Below the pieces are notes generated by a model. It was not told the DNA's origin and did not search any database. It saw nothing but the letters and a program-made list of their open reading frames with translations. 64,000 nucleotides of DNA from a bacterium (lineage in GTDB: Bacteria > Bacillota > Clostridia > Lachnospirales > Lachnospiraceae), in the NCBI GenBank assembly GCA_963649335.1, contig CAVJHG010000006.1, positions 8,062 through 72,061 of the forward strand. The letters are read 5' to 3'. The position numbers and the translations under genes were made by a program. Below are positions 29,000-40,136 of this stretch, in pieces (position 1 is the stretch's first letter; the number at the start of each line of letters is the position of its first letter).

Positions 29000-29443
29000 T
29001 TATTTTTCATTTTCAATAGCAGAAATCATATCTACTCTAGCAGCATGTCTTCCGCCCATAAATTCTGCTGACAAAAATGCCTGGACAATATCTTTGGCAA
29101 GCTCAGTGCCTACTATACGGGCACCAAAGGCTATCATATTGGCATTGTTGTGCTGACGAATAAGACGGGCTGTAGTAGCCTCCGAACATACACCACAACG
29201 GATTCCCTTAACCTTGTTGGCTGCCAAGGAAATACCTACTCCTGTACCACATATAAGTACCCCCAAATCTGCCTGGCCTGATGCCACCATGTCTGCTGCC
29301 TTTTTGCCATACTCTGGATAATCACAACTGTCATGACTATCTGTACCGATATTAACAACCTCATGTCCCAGCTCCTCAATAAAGGAAGCTATCTCCTGCT
29401 TTAACTCAACTGCCGCATGATCATTTGCAATTACAATTTTCAT
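29000..29443 (-). CDS. rpiB: Ribose-5-phosphate isomerase B
   Basis: ANDHA, ICGTGVG, HNNAN, GGRH; start ATG 29443 with AAGGAG. Confidence 0.95.
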   Translation of the reverse strand: MKIVIANDHAAVELKQEIASFIEELGHEVVNIGTDSHDSCDYPEYGKKAADMVASGQADLGVLICGTGVGISLAANKVKGIRCGVCSEATTARLIRQHNNANMIAFGARIVGTELAKDIVQAFLSAEFMGGRHAARVDMISAIENEK

Positions 29444-29487
29444 TTTTTCTCCTTTGTGAATAAAAATATTTTTAATTAGTTCAATAT

Positions 29488-29557
29488 TAGTGTATCGTTT
29501 CATAAATAACTGGTCGAATCACGCAGAATGCAGATTCGAGTGTGCAGTTCAAAAAAC
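29488..29557. repeat. Dispersed 70-bp repeat, copy 1 (REP/MITE-like)
   Basis: 61/70 identical to 40060-40129 by manual alignment; internal stem tcgaatc/gattcga. Confidence 0.8.
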
Positions 29558-29658
29558 GTAGGCGCAGCGGGCTACGCTAAGGCTCTATCCTTTTGTTTAT
29601 AAAATTGTTTATAAAAAGAAAAATCTGACTTTATATCTGTCAATAATTATTAGCCCCT

Positions 29659-29684
29659 AAAAAAGGCACGTCCGACGACGTGCC
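29659..29684 (-). terminator. Intrinsic terminator
   Basis: ggcacgtc/gacgtgcc stem plus U6 on the minus strand. Confidence 0.75.
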
Positions 29685-29712
29685 CAACTAAGTTCTAGTA
29701 TATACCAAAAAA

Positions 29713-30102
29713 TCACAATGTAAAGTTCTCTGCTCCTCGAACTGACGCTGTCTGGCTAGAAGCTGTTGATGCAGTAACAAAATATTGGTACTGGTGAAGA
29801 GCACTATCCTGCTGCATGCTACCTACCGCTGCAGAAATATCTAGTGACTCAAGACTGCTATCCGCTCCCTTCAAAGAGAAGGTCTGTCCAGGCTTATACT
29901 GGCTTGCATAATCATACTTTCCAAAGGTCTGACCAGCTCTTGCCTCAGAATAATCCTCCGTCAAGCTGAGCTGAGACTGACTGTCAGAAGATAGGGCACT
30001 TGTAGCAAGCGACGCTGTATCTGTGGCAGCTATGGCAGCACTTATCTTTATTGAATTATTATCATAGAAACCACCGAGTGGCCTGATTCCTGATATATTC
30101 AT
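29713..30102 (-). CDS. Hypothetical protein, possibly in the sigma-28 (flagellar) regulon
   Basis: Start ATG 30102 (MNISGIRP) with GGAG RBS; own terminator; upstream sigma-28-like promoter. Confidence 0.65.
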   Translation of the reverse strand: MNISGIRPLGGFYDNNSIKISAAIAATDTASLATSALSSDSQSQLSLTEDYSEARAGQTFGKYDYASQYKPGQTFSLKGADSSLESLDISAAVGSMQQDSALHQYQYFVTASTASSQTASVRGAENFTL

Positions 30103-30166
30103 ATAAAACTCCAAGCTTTTAGCAGATTATGTGATAAAGCTCTACCACTCTGCTGTGTTTTTTATT

Positions 30167-30193
30167 ATATCGGAGGCCATAAGCCAAACTTAA
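30167..30193 (-). promoter_or_regulatory. Sigma-28/SigD-like promoter
   Basis: TTAAG-N14-TCCGATAT versus consensus TAAA-N15-GCCGATAT. Confidence 0.5.
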
Positions 30194-30223
30194 CCCCTAA
30201 ATAATAAAAAATATATATCTTTA

Positions 30224-30676
30224 TTAGTGATTAAGCACTCTCTTAAGCTCATCCATAAAGGTATCAACATCCTTGAACTCTCGATAGACAGAGGCAAAGC
30301 GAACGTAGGCTACAGGATCTGCCTTTTCAAGCTTTTCCATAACTATCTCGCCAATCTGTGAGCTGGATATCTCTCGCTCCTCCTTTGAAAAAATAGCTGT
30401 CTCTATATCGTCTACTATCTGAGTCATCTGGCCAGCAGAAACTGGACGCTTACGGCAGGCAAGCAAAACTCCCTTTTCTATCTTGGTACGGTCATATTGC
30501 TCACGATTGTTGTCCTTCTTAATAACAATAAGAGGAATGGTCTCCACCTTTTCATATGTAGTAAATCTCTTACCACAATCAGGGCAGGAACGACGACGGC
30601 GAATAGAAGTATTATCATCTGCCGGACGAGAATCAATAACACTGGTATCCTGGCTACCGCAAAATGGACATTTCAT
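30224..30676 (-). CDS. nrdR: Transcriptional repressor NrdR
   Basis: MKCPFC...IRRRRSCPDCGKRFTTYE, ATP-cone, VAYVRFASVY; start ATG 30676. Confidence 0.97.
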   Translation of the reverse strand: MKCPFCGSQDTSVIDSRPADDNTSIRRRRSCPDCGKRFTTYEKVETIPLIVIKKDNNREQYDRTKIEKGVLLACRKRPVSAGQMTQIVDDIETAIFSKEEREISSSQIGEIVMEKLEKADPVAYVRFASVYREFKDVDTFMDELKRVLNH

Positions 30677-30705
30677 ACAAGACCTCCAATTTTTTAAAGT
30701 CTTAA

Positions 30706-30751
30706 CCACAACATTTTGTATAATTTTATCAGTTTTTACATACAATAGCAA
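30706..30751 (-). promoter_or_regulatory. nrdR promoter with NrdR-box-like site at the start point
   Basis: TTGCTA-17-TAAAAT (TG-extended) at 30751-30723; ccaCAACATTTTGtat at 30706-30721 resembles acaCwAtATaTwGtgt. Confidence 0.5.
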
Positions 30752-30775
30752 TAAAATAGTGATATTCCAGGACAT

Positions 30776-30803
30776 AAAAAAAGCCCCCGGATAAACCGGG
30801 GGC
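30776..30803 (-). terminator. Intrinsic terminator after nifJ
   Basis: gcccccgg/ccgggggc plus U7. Confidence 0.85.
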
Positions 30804-30825
30804 CAAAGCCTAAGCTATATAACTC

Positions 30826-33800
30826 TTATGAATATAAGTCAACAAGCTTCTTAAGGTGTGCATAACGTTCCTTAGCTGTCTCCTCATTAAGAGCGAAGAG
30901 CTTCTCAGCACGCTCTGGGAATGCCTTTGTCAGACGAGCATATCTTGTCTCGTTTGCAAGGAAATCCTGATACTTGCTGTAGTCGCCTTCCTTTGAAGTA
31001 AGGGTAAATGGATTCTTGCCCTCTGCCTTAAGTGCTGGATTGAATGAGAAGAGGTTCCAGTAACCTGCAGCAACAGCTGCCTTCATCTCATCCTGGCAGT
31101 GGTTCATACCACCCTTAACACCGTGAAGCTCGCATGGAGCATATCCGATGATAAGTGAAGGACCATTGTAAGCCTCAGCCTCAGCGAGAACCTTAACAGC
31201 CTGGTTCATGTTAGCGCCAAGTGCGATCTGTGCTACATATACATAGCCGTATGACATAGCGATCTCAGCAAGAGACTTCTTAGAGATTTCCTTACCAGAT
31301 GCAGCGAACTGGCAAACCTCACCGATGTTAGAAGCCTTAGAAGCCTGTCCACCAGTGTTAGAGTACATCTCTGTATCGAATACCATTACGTTAACATTTT
31401 CGCCTGATGCAAGAACATGATCGAGACCGCCGAAGCCGATATCGTATGCCCATCCATCACCACCGAAGATCCATACTGACTTCTTAGCCAGGTAATCCTT
31501 CAGATCAAGAGCAGCCTTTGCATCTGGGCAGCCTGCTGCTGCAGCCTTCTCAAGCTCTGCAACAAGTGCATCTGTAGCTGCGCTGTTTTCCTTTGTAGAA
31601 TCCTTTGTCTCTTCGAACTTAGCAAAAGCAGCCTTGAACTCTGCTGAAGCCTTATCAGACTCTGCAGCCTTTGCAGCAGCCTCGATAGCGCGAGTTCTTA
31701 AGTACTTCTGTCCTACTTCCATACCAAGACCGTGCTGAGCGTTATCCTCGAAGAGTGAGTTACACCAAGCTGGACCCTTCTTAGAATCCTTATTAACGGT
31801 AAATGGTGAAGTAGCTGCAGGACCACCCCAGATAGATGAACATCCAGTAGCATTTGAGATGTACATATGCTCACCAAAGAGCTGAGTGATAAGTCTTGCG
31901 TATGATGTCTCTGCACAACCTGCACATGACCCTGAGAACTCAAGAAGTGGCTGGTTGAACTGTGATCCCTTAACTGTAAGATCTGAGCCAGCTGCATCCT
32001 TGCGGCCTACGTTAGCTACAAGATAGTTGAATACTGGCTGCTCGTCTGCTTCCTCTGCCTGTGGAACCATTGTGATAGCACCAACTGGACATACAGTTGT
32101 ACACTCACCACATCCCATACAGTCAAGTGGAGATACAGACATTGTATACTTGTACTCAGAAGCCTTTGGCTTAGTGTCAGCAAGCTTGATATTAGCTGGA
32201 GCTGCCTTAACCTCATCCTCTGAAAGAAGGTATGGACGGATAGTAGCATGTGAACATACGAATGAACACTGGTTACACTGGATACACTTTGTCTCATCCC
32301 ATGTAGGAACCATGACAGCTGTACCACGCTTCTCGTATGCTGCTGCACCAATCTCAAACTGTCCGTTTGGATTCTCAGTAAATGCAGATACTGGAAGTGA
32401 ATCGCCATCCATCTTTGAAATAGGCTCGAGAAGATTCTTAACCATCTTAACAAGCTCTGGACGTCCCTCAAGTGGAGCCTTCTCTGGGTCAGCTGCTGGA
32501 GTAGCCCAAGAAGCTGGAACCTCTACCTTGTGTACAGCGTCTACACCGGCATCGATAGCCTTGTAGTTCATCTCTACAACAGCGTCACCCTTCTTGCCGT
32601 AAGACTTCTTTGCTGCCTGCTTCATGTAGTCAACAGCCTCATCGATAGGCATTACGTCAGCGAGCTTGAAGAAAGCTGACTGAAGGATTGTGTTGGTTCT
32701 CTTACCCATACCAATCTCGATAGCCTTGTCAATAGCGTTGATTGTGTAAAGCTGAATGTTGTTGTCAGCGATATACTTCTTAGCCTCGGCATTAAGGTGC
32801 TGCTCAAGCTCCTCATCTGACCACTGGCAGTTAATCATGAATACTCCGCCTGGCTTAACGTCCTGTACCATCTTCATGCCCTGTGTAACATATGCAGGGT
32901 TGTGGCAAGCTACGAAGTCAGCCTGGTTGATATAGTAAGGAGACTTGATTGGGTTATCACCAAAACGAAGGTGAGAAATAGTAACACCACCAGTCTTCTT
33001 TGAGTCATACTGGAAGTATGCCTGGATGTACTTATCTGTGTGGTCACCAATAATCTTAGTAGAGTTCTTGTTGGCACCAACAGTACCATCTCCGCCGAGA
33101 CCCCAGAACTTGCACTCCTTTGTACCAGCAGCTGAAGTAATAGGAGCTGGCTTAACCTCTGGAAGTGAAAGGTTGGTAACATCATCAACGATACCGATTG
33201 TGAATCTGCTCTTTGGAGCGTCCTTCTCTAACTCCTTGTATACAGCGAATACTGATGAAGGAGGAGTATCCTTTGAACCAAGACCATATCTACCACCGCA
33301 GATAACGATGTCATTAAGACCTGCCTCACGAAGTGTTGTAGCAACATCAAGGTAAAGAGGATCTGCAAGAGCACCTGGCTCCTTTGTTCTGTCAAGGATA
33401 GCAATCTTCTTTGCTGTCTTTGGAAGAGCTGCAAGGAATGCCTCTGATGACCAAGGTCTGTAAAGACGAACCTTGAGAACACCAACCTTCTCGCCGTGAG
33501 CGTTGAGGTAATCAATAACCTCCTCTGCTACGTCGTTGATAGAACCCATAGCGATGATGATGCGGTCTGCATCCTCAGCACCATAGTAGTTGAATAACTT
33601 GTAGTTTGTACCAAGCTTCTCATTAACCTTGTCCATATACTTCTGAACAACAGCTGGGAATGCATCGTATGTAGAGTTGCAAGCCTCTCTGTGCTGGAAG
33701 AATACATCTCCATTTTCGTGAGAACCACGCATTGTAGGATGCTCAGGATTAAGAGCGTTAGCACGGAACTCCTTAACAGCCTCCATGTTAACCATATCCT

Positions 33801-34374
33801 TAAGATCTGCGTAATCCCACTTCTCGATCTTCTGAATCTCGTGTGATGTACGGAAACCATCGAAGAAGTTGAGAACTGGTACCTTACCCTCGATAGCTGC
33901 AAGGTGAGCTACTGGAGAAAGATCCATAACTTCCTGTGGGTTAGTCTCGCAAAGCATAGCGAAACCTGTCTGACGACAAGCATATACATCGGAATGATCA
34001 CCGAAGATGTTAAGTGACTGTGTAGCAACTGTACGAGCTGATACATCGAATACACAAGGAAGCTGCTCTGCAGCAATCTTGTACATGTTAGGGATCATAA
34101 GAAGAAGACCCTGTGAAGCTGTAAATGTAGTAGTAAGTGCACCAGCTCCAAGTGAACCGTGAACGGCACCTGCGGCACCTGCCTCAGACTCCATCTCTAC
34201 TACCTGTACCTGATTACCAAAAATGTTCTCAAGGCCTGCTGCTGACCACTGGTCAACGAAATCGGCCATTGGGCTGGATGGTGTAATAGGGTAAATAGCA
34301 GCAACATCAGTAAACGCATAAGCTACGTGTGCTGCAGCCTGGTTGCCATCCATAGACTGTTTTGCTCTTGGCAT
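30826..34374 (-). CDS. nifJ: Pyruvate:ferredoxin/flavodoxin oxidoreductase
   Basis: AIYPITPSS, two 4Fe-4S motifs (CIQCNQC, CMGCGEC), FSGSCAGC, GGDGWAYDIG; strongly biased codons. Confidence 0.97.
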   Translation of the reverse strand: MPRAKQSMDGNQAAAHVAYAFTDVAAIYPITPSSPMADFVDQWSAAGLENIFGNQVQVVEMESEAGAAGAVHGSLGAGALTTTFTASQGLLLMIPNMYKIAAEQLPCVFDVSARTVATQSLNIFGDHSDVYACRQTGFAMLCETNPQEVMDLSPVAHLAAIEGKVPVLNFFDGFRTSHEIQKIEKWDYADLKDMVNMEAVKEFRANALNPEHPTMRGSHENGDVFFQHREACNSTYDAFPAVVQKYMDKVNEKLGTNYKLFNYYGAEDADRIIIAMGSINDVAEEVIDYLNAHGEKVGVLKVRLYRPWSSEAFLAALPKTAKKIAILDRTKEPGALADPLYLDVATTLREAGLNDIVICGGRYGLGSKDTPPSSVFAVYKELEKDAPKSRFTIGIVDDVTNLSLPEVKPAPITSAAGTKECKFWGLGGDGTVGANKNSTKIIGDHTDKYIQAYFQYDSKKTGGVTISHLRFGDNPIKSPYYINQADFVACHNPAYVTQGMKMVQDVKPGGVFMINCQWSDEELEQHLNAEAKKYIADNNIQLYTINAIDKAIEIGMGKRTNTILQSAFFKLADVMPIDEAVDYMKQAAKKSYGKKGDAVVEMNYKAIDAGVDAVHKVEVPASWATPAADPEKAPLEGRPELVKMVKNLLEPISKMDGDSLPVSAFTENPNGQFEIGAAAYEKRGTAVMVPTWDETKCIQCNQCSFVCSHATIRPYLLSEDEVKAAPANIKLADTKPKASEYKYTMSVSPLDCMGCGECTTVCPVGAITMVPQAEEADEQPVFNYLVANVGRKDAAGSDLTVKGSQFNQPLLEFSGSCAGCAETSYARLITQLFGEHMYISNATGCSSIWGGPAATSPFTVNKDSKKGPAWCNSLFEDNAQHGLGMEVGQKYLRTRAIEAAAKAAESDKASAEFKAAFAKFEETKDSTKENSAATDALVAELEKAAAAGCPDAKAALDLKDYLAKKSVWIFGGDGWAYDIGFGGLDHVLASGENVNVMVFDTEMYSNTGGQASKASNIGEVCQFAASGKEISKKSLAEIAMSYGYVYVAQIALGANMNQAVKVLAEAEAYNGPSLIIGYAPCELHGVKGGMNHCQDEMKAAVAAGYWNLFSFNPALKAEGKNPFTLTSKEGDYSKYQDFLANETRYARLTKAFPERAEKLFALNEETAKERYAHLKKLVDLYS

Positions 34375-34662
34375 TTTTCTTTCCTCCTTAAATTAAGTAA
34401 CATTAATATGGAAAAACGCTTGATAAAAACCGGAAGCGTCCTACCTCAATGTCATATAGCATTATCCTAAGCCTATTGATAAAAAATTTCAATATGACAA
34501 AAAGCTTTTTCTGTTCATTTTGGAGTACAAAGCAGTTAGTTTAAACTATCTTTTAGTGTATTATTCCCAAAATCTTAACAATCCCTTTTTAAGCGAAATC
34601 TGACATTGACATCTCTTCATTTTCAGCCTTATAATCTTTTCTAATAATCATTAATCAATTAA

Positions 34663-36138
<1,476 letters not shown>

Positions 36139-36151
36139 TTCATCGTTTACA

Positions 36152-36187
36152 AAAAGGCTCGCAGCCATAATCGGTTGCGAGCCTTTT
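36152..36187. terminator. Bidirectional terminator after guaB
   Basis: aaaaggctcgcagcc / ggttgcgagcctttt. Confidence 0.85.
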
Positions 36188-36251
36188 ATTTTATCAATAT
36201 TTTCTCGTTTACACTTATAAGAAGGGGATCCCGGACCACTGAATTAAAGTT

Positions 36252-38000
36252 TTACCTGCTAAGAAGCACCAAAGAGCCCTCTCTTGCCACCTCTATAGTG
36301 TAATTTTCAAGTATCCATTGGCCTGTCTCTCCAGCCACAAAATCCTCATACTTGCCATTGTTTTCATCAATAATGACATAGGTAGCCTGATTGTTTGGAT
36401 TCACAGAATAATAATCAAGCAGCTTGGAATTAACCTGGGTTCTGGCAAAAACACTATAGGTACCCTGGTGGGCATTGCTATTGATATAGCCTGTAGAATT
36501 AGAGCCAAAAGCCACCAAAAGATAGTCTTCATCTGACAGGTATTGAGTGACAAGGTCATATGAAGCCTTATTAAGCTCATAGTCATCAGGGGATAGGGCT
36601 ATGCCCTGCAAGGCTCCCTCTGTAACATAATATCTCTTTTCCAGGATGTCACTATAGCCTCCGTTGCTCTCAGCCACCCAAAAGCCCATAAAGAAAAGCC
36701 CTGCGGCCAAAAGCAAGCCTGTAAGTACCCTGTATGGACTCTCCGCCCCCTCATCAAACAGGTATGAATCCAAAGCCTTTTCATCCTCTATTCCAGCAAA
36801 AATCAAAATATCCGCTACCACAACATATAAAGCCATATGGCCTGGCACCGATATCTCCTGGTTAGTGGAGACAGCCCACACTATCTGGGCCGCTATGGAC
36901 AGGTAAAATATGGGCCAAAGCAAATCCTTTTCCTGTTCAATGCCACTGCCGTAAAAACCAACCCTGACTCCTGCCCTATCCTGCCTGTCAATAGCCAGAT
37001 ATGGAAACCAGAAAAATAAAATCAAAAGGCTATATACAAATCGAGATGTGCTGACACTGTCAAGCTTTATGAAGCATAAACCAAGGAAAAATACAAGCCA
37101 GTACAGTGTAAGAACTATATGCTCTGTTTTAACAGGAATACTTCTGTAGCGGCGAATAAAGTCCATAATAATCAAAGGAACATATGCCACAAGAGCAAAG
37201 GCCAGATATGAAAGCAGCATCTTGCCCAGGCGTACCAAAAGACTATCCCCATAATCCTGGTCTCCCAGGTAGGATATCTGAGACATGACAGCGTCAAGAC
37301 CTGAGGTGGCCTGTAAAAAGATAAATACCAGACAAGCACAAGCAAGACAGGTCACCACAAATGCAATAAGCACGCTTTTATCTATGCCCTTGGAAATCAT
37401 GAGATATATAATAAAAGCGCCTATAGCCACCGCAACAAAAATCATGGTAGGATAGGCCAAGGTGGCTGCACAAACAGCCAGACCTGTCATTACCCAATTA
37501 ATAAGCTTCTTGCTGTAATAATATCGGAAAATAAAGCAAATAATAAGCATTATTGCCATGTCACACATGGACTTATAAGAGAAGTTGTCAAAGGAAAGGA
37601 CAAACATATACCAAAAAATTGCACCGTAAAAGGCTCCATTTTTAAAGCAGCCCTTGCGAAAAGTAGCATATGCAAATATGGCAACAATAAGGCGGATAAG
37701 CTGATAGGCAATGCGCATATAAAGCACATAGCCTATGCCAATGCCAGCCAGTGGCCCCTGCAATACCCCAAAATATAGGGCTAAAAGTGGCCATACCACT
37801 AGAGAGCCTGTCTGCAAGGACTCCCAGGAATCCACAAACATGCGCTGACCCTGATATATTCCTTTATATATAGTAAGAAGACCATTTTCATCTACATAAT
37901 AGCCCTCTCTTATGGTAGCAAAGGATATGGCCACCACAAGGGCTGCAGCTAGTGCCTGAAAAACATATTTGTAATCTTCAATAAATTCTTTTACCTTCAT
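36252..38000 (-). CDS. Polytopic membrane protein, possible GT-C fold glycosyltransferase
   Basis: Roughly 12-13 TMs, acidic DE in the first external loop, C-terminal soluble domain. Confidence 0.5.
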   Translation of the reverse strand: MKVKEFIEDYKYVFQALAAALVVAISFATIREGYYVDENGLLTIYKGIYQGQRMFVDSWESLQTGSLVVWPLLALYFGVLQGPLAGIGIGYVLYMRIAYQLIRLIVAIFAYATFRKGCFKNGAFYGAIFWYMFVLSFDNFSYKSMCDMAIMLIICFIFRYYYSKKLINWVMTGLAVCAATLAYPTMIFVAVAIGAFIIYLMISKGIDKSVLIAFVVTCLACACLVFIFLQATSGLDAVMSQISYLGDQDYGDSLLVRLGKMLLSYLAFALVAYVPLIIMDFIRRYRSIPVKTEHIVLTLYWLVFFLGLCFIKLDSVSTSRFVYSLLILFFWFPYLAIDRQDRAGVRVGFYGSGIEQEKDLLWPIFYLSIAAQIVWAVSTNQEISVPGHMALYVVVADILIFAGIEDEKALDSYLFDEGAESPYRVLTGLLLAAGLFFMGFWVAESNGGYSDILEKRYYVTEGALQGIALSPDDYELNKASYDLVTQYLSDEDYLLVAFGSNSTGYINSNAHQGTYSVFARTQVNSKLLDYYSVNPNNQATYVIIDENNGKYEDFVAGETGQWILENYTIEVAREGSLVLLSR

Positions 38001-38018
38001 GACAACCTCACGATTGAT

Positions 38019-39314
38019 TTACTTGGATAAAATATATTGTAAATGTCCCAGTCCCTTTTGTATAGTCTCCATTTTAAGGCCTGCACAGGAAAAAAGAAGC
38101 CTTTGATAGCCATCCTTCTCTCCCAGCAAAGTAACCTTCAGGCTTTTATCAGCCAGGATTTTTTTTGCATCCTGGTCTGGCAGGGCCATGGCAATCTCCA
38201 TGCCAGAGTCTCCTGATAAAAGGATGGCATCCCGCTCTTGGCACAGCTTAGTTAATCCTGTGGCAAGTAGGAGTCTCTTTTCTTCGTAAAGATGGCGCAT
38301 TTTTTTGACATGTCTCCTTAAATGACCATCCCTTAAAAATTGGCAAAGGGCTATCTGCTCTGCCTTAGAGGCTGTCTGATTGTACTTGTCTCTTACCAAC
38401 TCATAGCTTTTACCATAGCCCTTTGGCAAAATAAGGTAACTGATACGGACAGAGGGCAAAAGTATTCTGGAAAAAGACCCTAGAAAAGCTACATTTTCAC
38501 CACCTGTCATAGCATAAAGGCTAGGGTTGGGCTTGCCGGAAAAGACAAATTCATTCTGATAATCATCCTCTATAATAAGGTGCTTATTATTGACTGCATG
38601 CTCTATAAGCTCGTGCCGTCTCTTTATAGTCATAACCTCCCCCCACTTGGTCATGTAGGAAGGAAGAACATAAATAATATGCTGGTTCTTGTTGCGATAA
38701 TCTACATTAAAGCCTGCTGCAGAAAATATGGCTGCTGCATCTGCATAGTCATGGGTGGGAAATGAAATAGATTTCTGGCCATGGATTAGAGAAATAAGAA
38801 TGGTAAGCAGGCTTTGAAAGCCTGAGCCTATTACGATATCCTCCGGGGAGCATATGATGTTTCTGGACTTTCTTACATAATCTGCTATAGCCTCTCTCAA
38901 ATCCGCCTCACCCTGGCTGCTGGCATAGGACAAAAGCCTATCCTCCTGCCTTAGGGCTGACTTCATATATCGCCGCCACAGATCGAGGCAGGATACAGAC
39001 TTGTCCTCCCCTATGGTAGCAAAATCATAAAGCACAGGACTTGCCATGTTTGAAGCAGGCTTTACCATGTCCTGCTTGCCCTTATGGGATGCTGCTTCCT
39101 TTGCCGCCAGCTTTGTTACAAAAAATCCCTTCTTTTCTATAGAATAAATATATCCATCATCTGCAAGCTGCATATAAGCTGTCTCAGCACTGGTCTTGCT
39201 GACAGACAAGGTATCCATACAAGACCGCAGGGATGGCATCTTATCGCCATTCCTTAGCTTGCCCTCATGCATTTGATTCAAATAATATCCATATACTTTT
39301 TCGTAGACCTTCAT
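38019..39314 (-). CDS. MocR/GabR-family regulator (GntR wHTH + aminotransferase-like domain), PdxR-like
   Basis: KMPSLR...VSKTSAETAYMQL...GY, IIEDDYQNEF, GSFSRILLPSVRISY; divergent from an ECF S component. Confidence 0.88.
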   Translation of the reverse strand: MKVYEKVYGYYLNQMHEGKLRNGDKMPSLRSCMDTLSVSKTSAETAYMQLADDGYIYSIEKKGFFVTKLAAKEAASHKGKQDMVKPASNMASPVLYDFATIGEDKSVSCLDLWRRYMKSALRQEDRLLSYASSQGEADLREAIADYVRKSRNIICSPEDIVIGSGFQSLLTILISLIHGQKSISFPTHDYADAAAIFSAAGFNVDYRNKNQHIIYVLPSYMTKWGEVMTIKRRHELIEHAVNNKHLIIEDDYQNEFVFSGKPNPSLYAMTGGENVAFLGSFSRILLPSVRISYLILPKGYGKSYELVRDKYNQTASKAEQIALCQFLRDGHLRRHVKKMRHLYEEKRLLLATGLTKLCQERDAILLSGDSGMEIAMALPDQDAKKILADKSLKVTLLGEKDGYQRLLFSCAGLKMETIQKGLGHLQYILSK

Positions 39315-39433
39315 ATCTGTCCCCTATTTTTTATTTAAAATTGTCTGTTTTTTCAATGTCAGTTTTAGGGTAATATATCAACAACTTGAATTCAAGATAT
39401 TTTTTAAGATACAAAATTGCGGAGGATTATGAC

Positions 39434-39991
39434 ATGAGCAACACATCAGTACAGACAGCAAGTACTCAATCAGAAAAAACAAAAACAATAATTATGGCAG
39501 CCCTTATGGCAGCATTGACCTGCGTAGGCACCATGATTATTCGCATACCTACACCTACCATGGGCTACATTCATCCAGGAGATGGCTTCGTTCTCCTTTC
39601 CGGCCTGCTTTTAGGACCGGTATGGGGCTCTCTTGCAGCCGGCATTGGCTCAGCCTTGACAGATTTAATCGGCGGCTACTTTATCTACGTTCCAGCCACA
39701 CTTATCATCAAGGCCTTGACCGCACTGACTGGCTGGGCACTTTTTACAGCAATAAAAAAAGTGACAGGAGAAGGCAAGCTAATCCCAGCACTTATTTTTT
39801 CCGGCATAGTTGGTGAGCTTGTAATGGTGGCAGGATATTTCCTCTATGAGATATTCCTTCTTGCTGATGGTTCCCTTGCAGCTGGTGTCTTAGCTTCTGC
39901 AGCCGGCATTCCAGCCAACCTGATTCAGGGAGTATTTGGAGTAATTATCTCCACAGTACTTTTCCCACTTCTTAGCAAGCTGGCAAAATAA
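39434..39991 (+). CDS. ECF transporter S component (PdxU2/HmpT-like, probably vitamin B6)
   Basis: AALMAAL, GYIHPGDG, GIGSALTDL, PATLIIK; start ATG 39434 after GGAGG. Confidence 0.85.
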   Translation: MSNTSVQTASTQSEKTKTIIMAALMAALTCVGTMIIRIPTPTMGYIHPGDGFVLLSGLLLGPVWGSLAAGIGSALTDLIGGYFIYVPATLIIKALTALTGWALFTAIKKVTGEGKLIPALIFSGIVGELVMVAGYFLYEIFLLADGSLAAGVLASAAGIPANLIQGVFGVIISTVLFPLLSKLAK

Positions 39992-40014
39992 AACTCATAA
40001 TTTAATAGCACGAG

Positions 40015-40052
40015 AAAATTCCCACCATAGCTTATGCTATGGTGGGAATTTT
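40015..40052. terminator. Bidirectional terminator
   Basis: aaaattcccaccatagc / gctatggtgggaatttt perfect 17-bp stem. Confidence 0.85.
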
Positions 40053-40059
40053 ATGTAAC

Positions 40060-40129
40060 TAGTGTATCTTTTCATAAATAACTGGCCGAATCATGCAGAA
40101 TGCAAATCCGATTGCACAGTCCAAAAAAC
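40060..40129. repeat. Dispersed 70-bp repeat, copy 2
   Basis: Same orientation as, and 61/70 identical to, 29488-29557. Confidence 0.8.
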
Positions 40130-40136
40130 TCAGCGT

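Noticed and set aside
34475..34550. Rex box or other operator upstream of nifJ (TTGATAAAAAATTTCAA; TAGTTTAAACTA)
   Set aside because: The first is 17 bp rather than the 18-bp Rex spacing, and the second is a short AT-rich palindrome; insufficient support.
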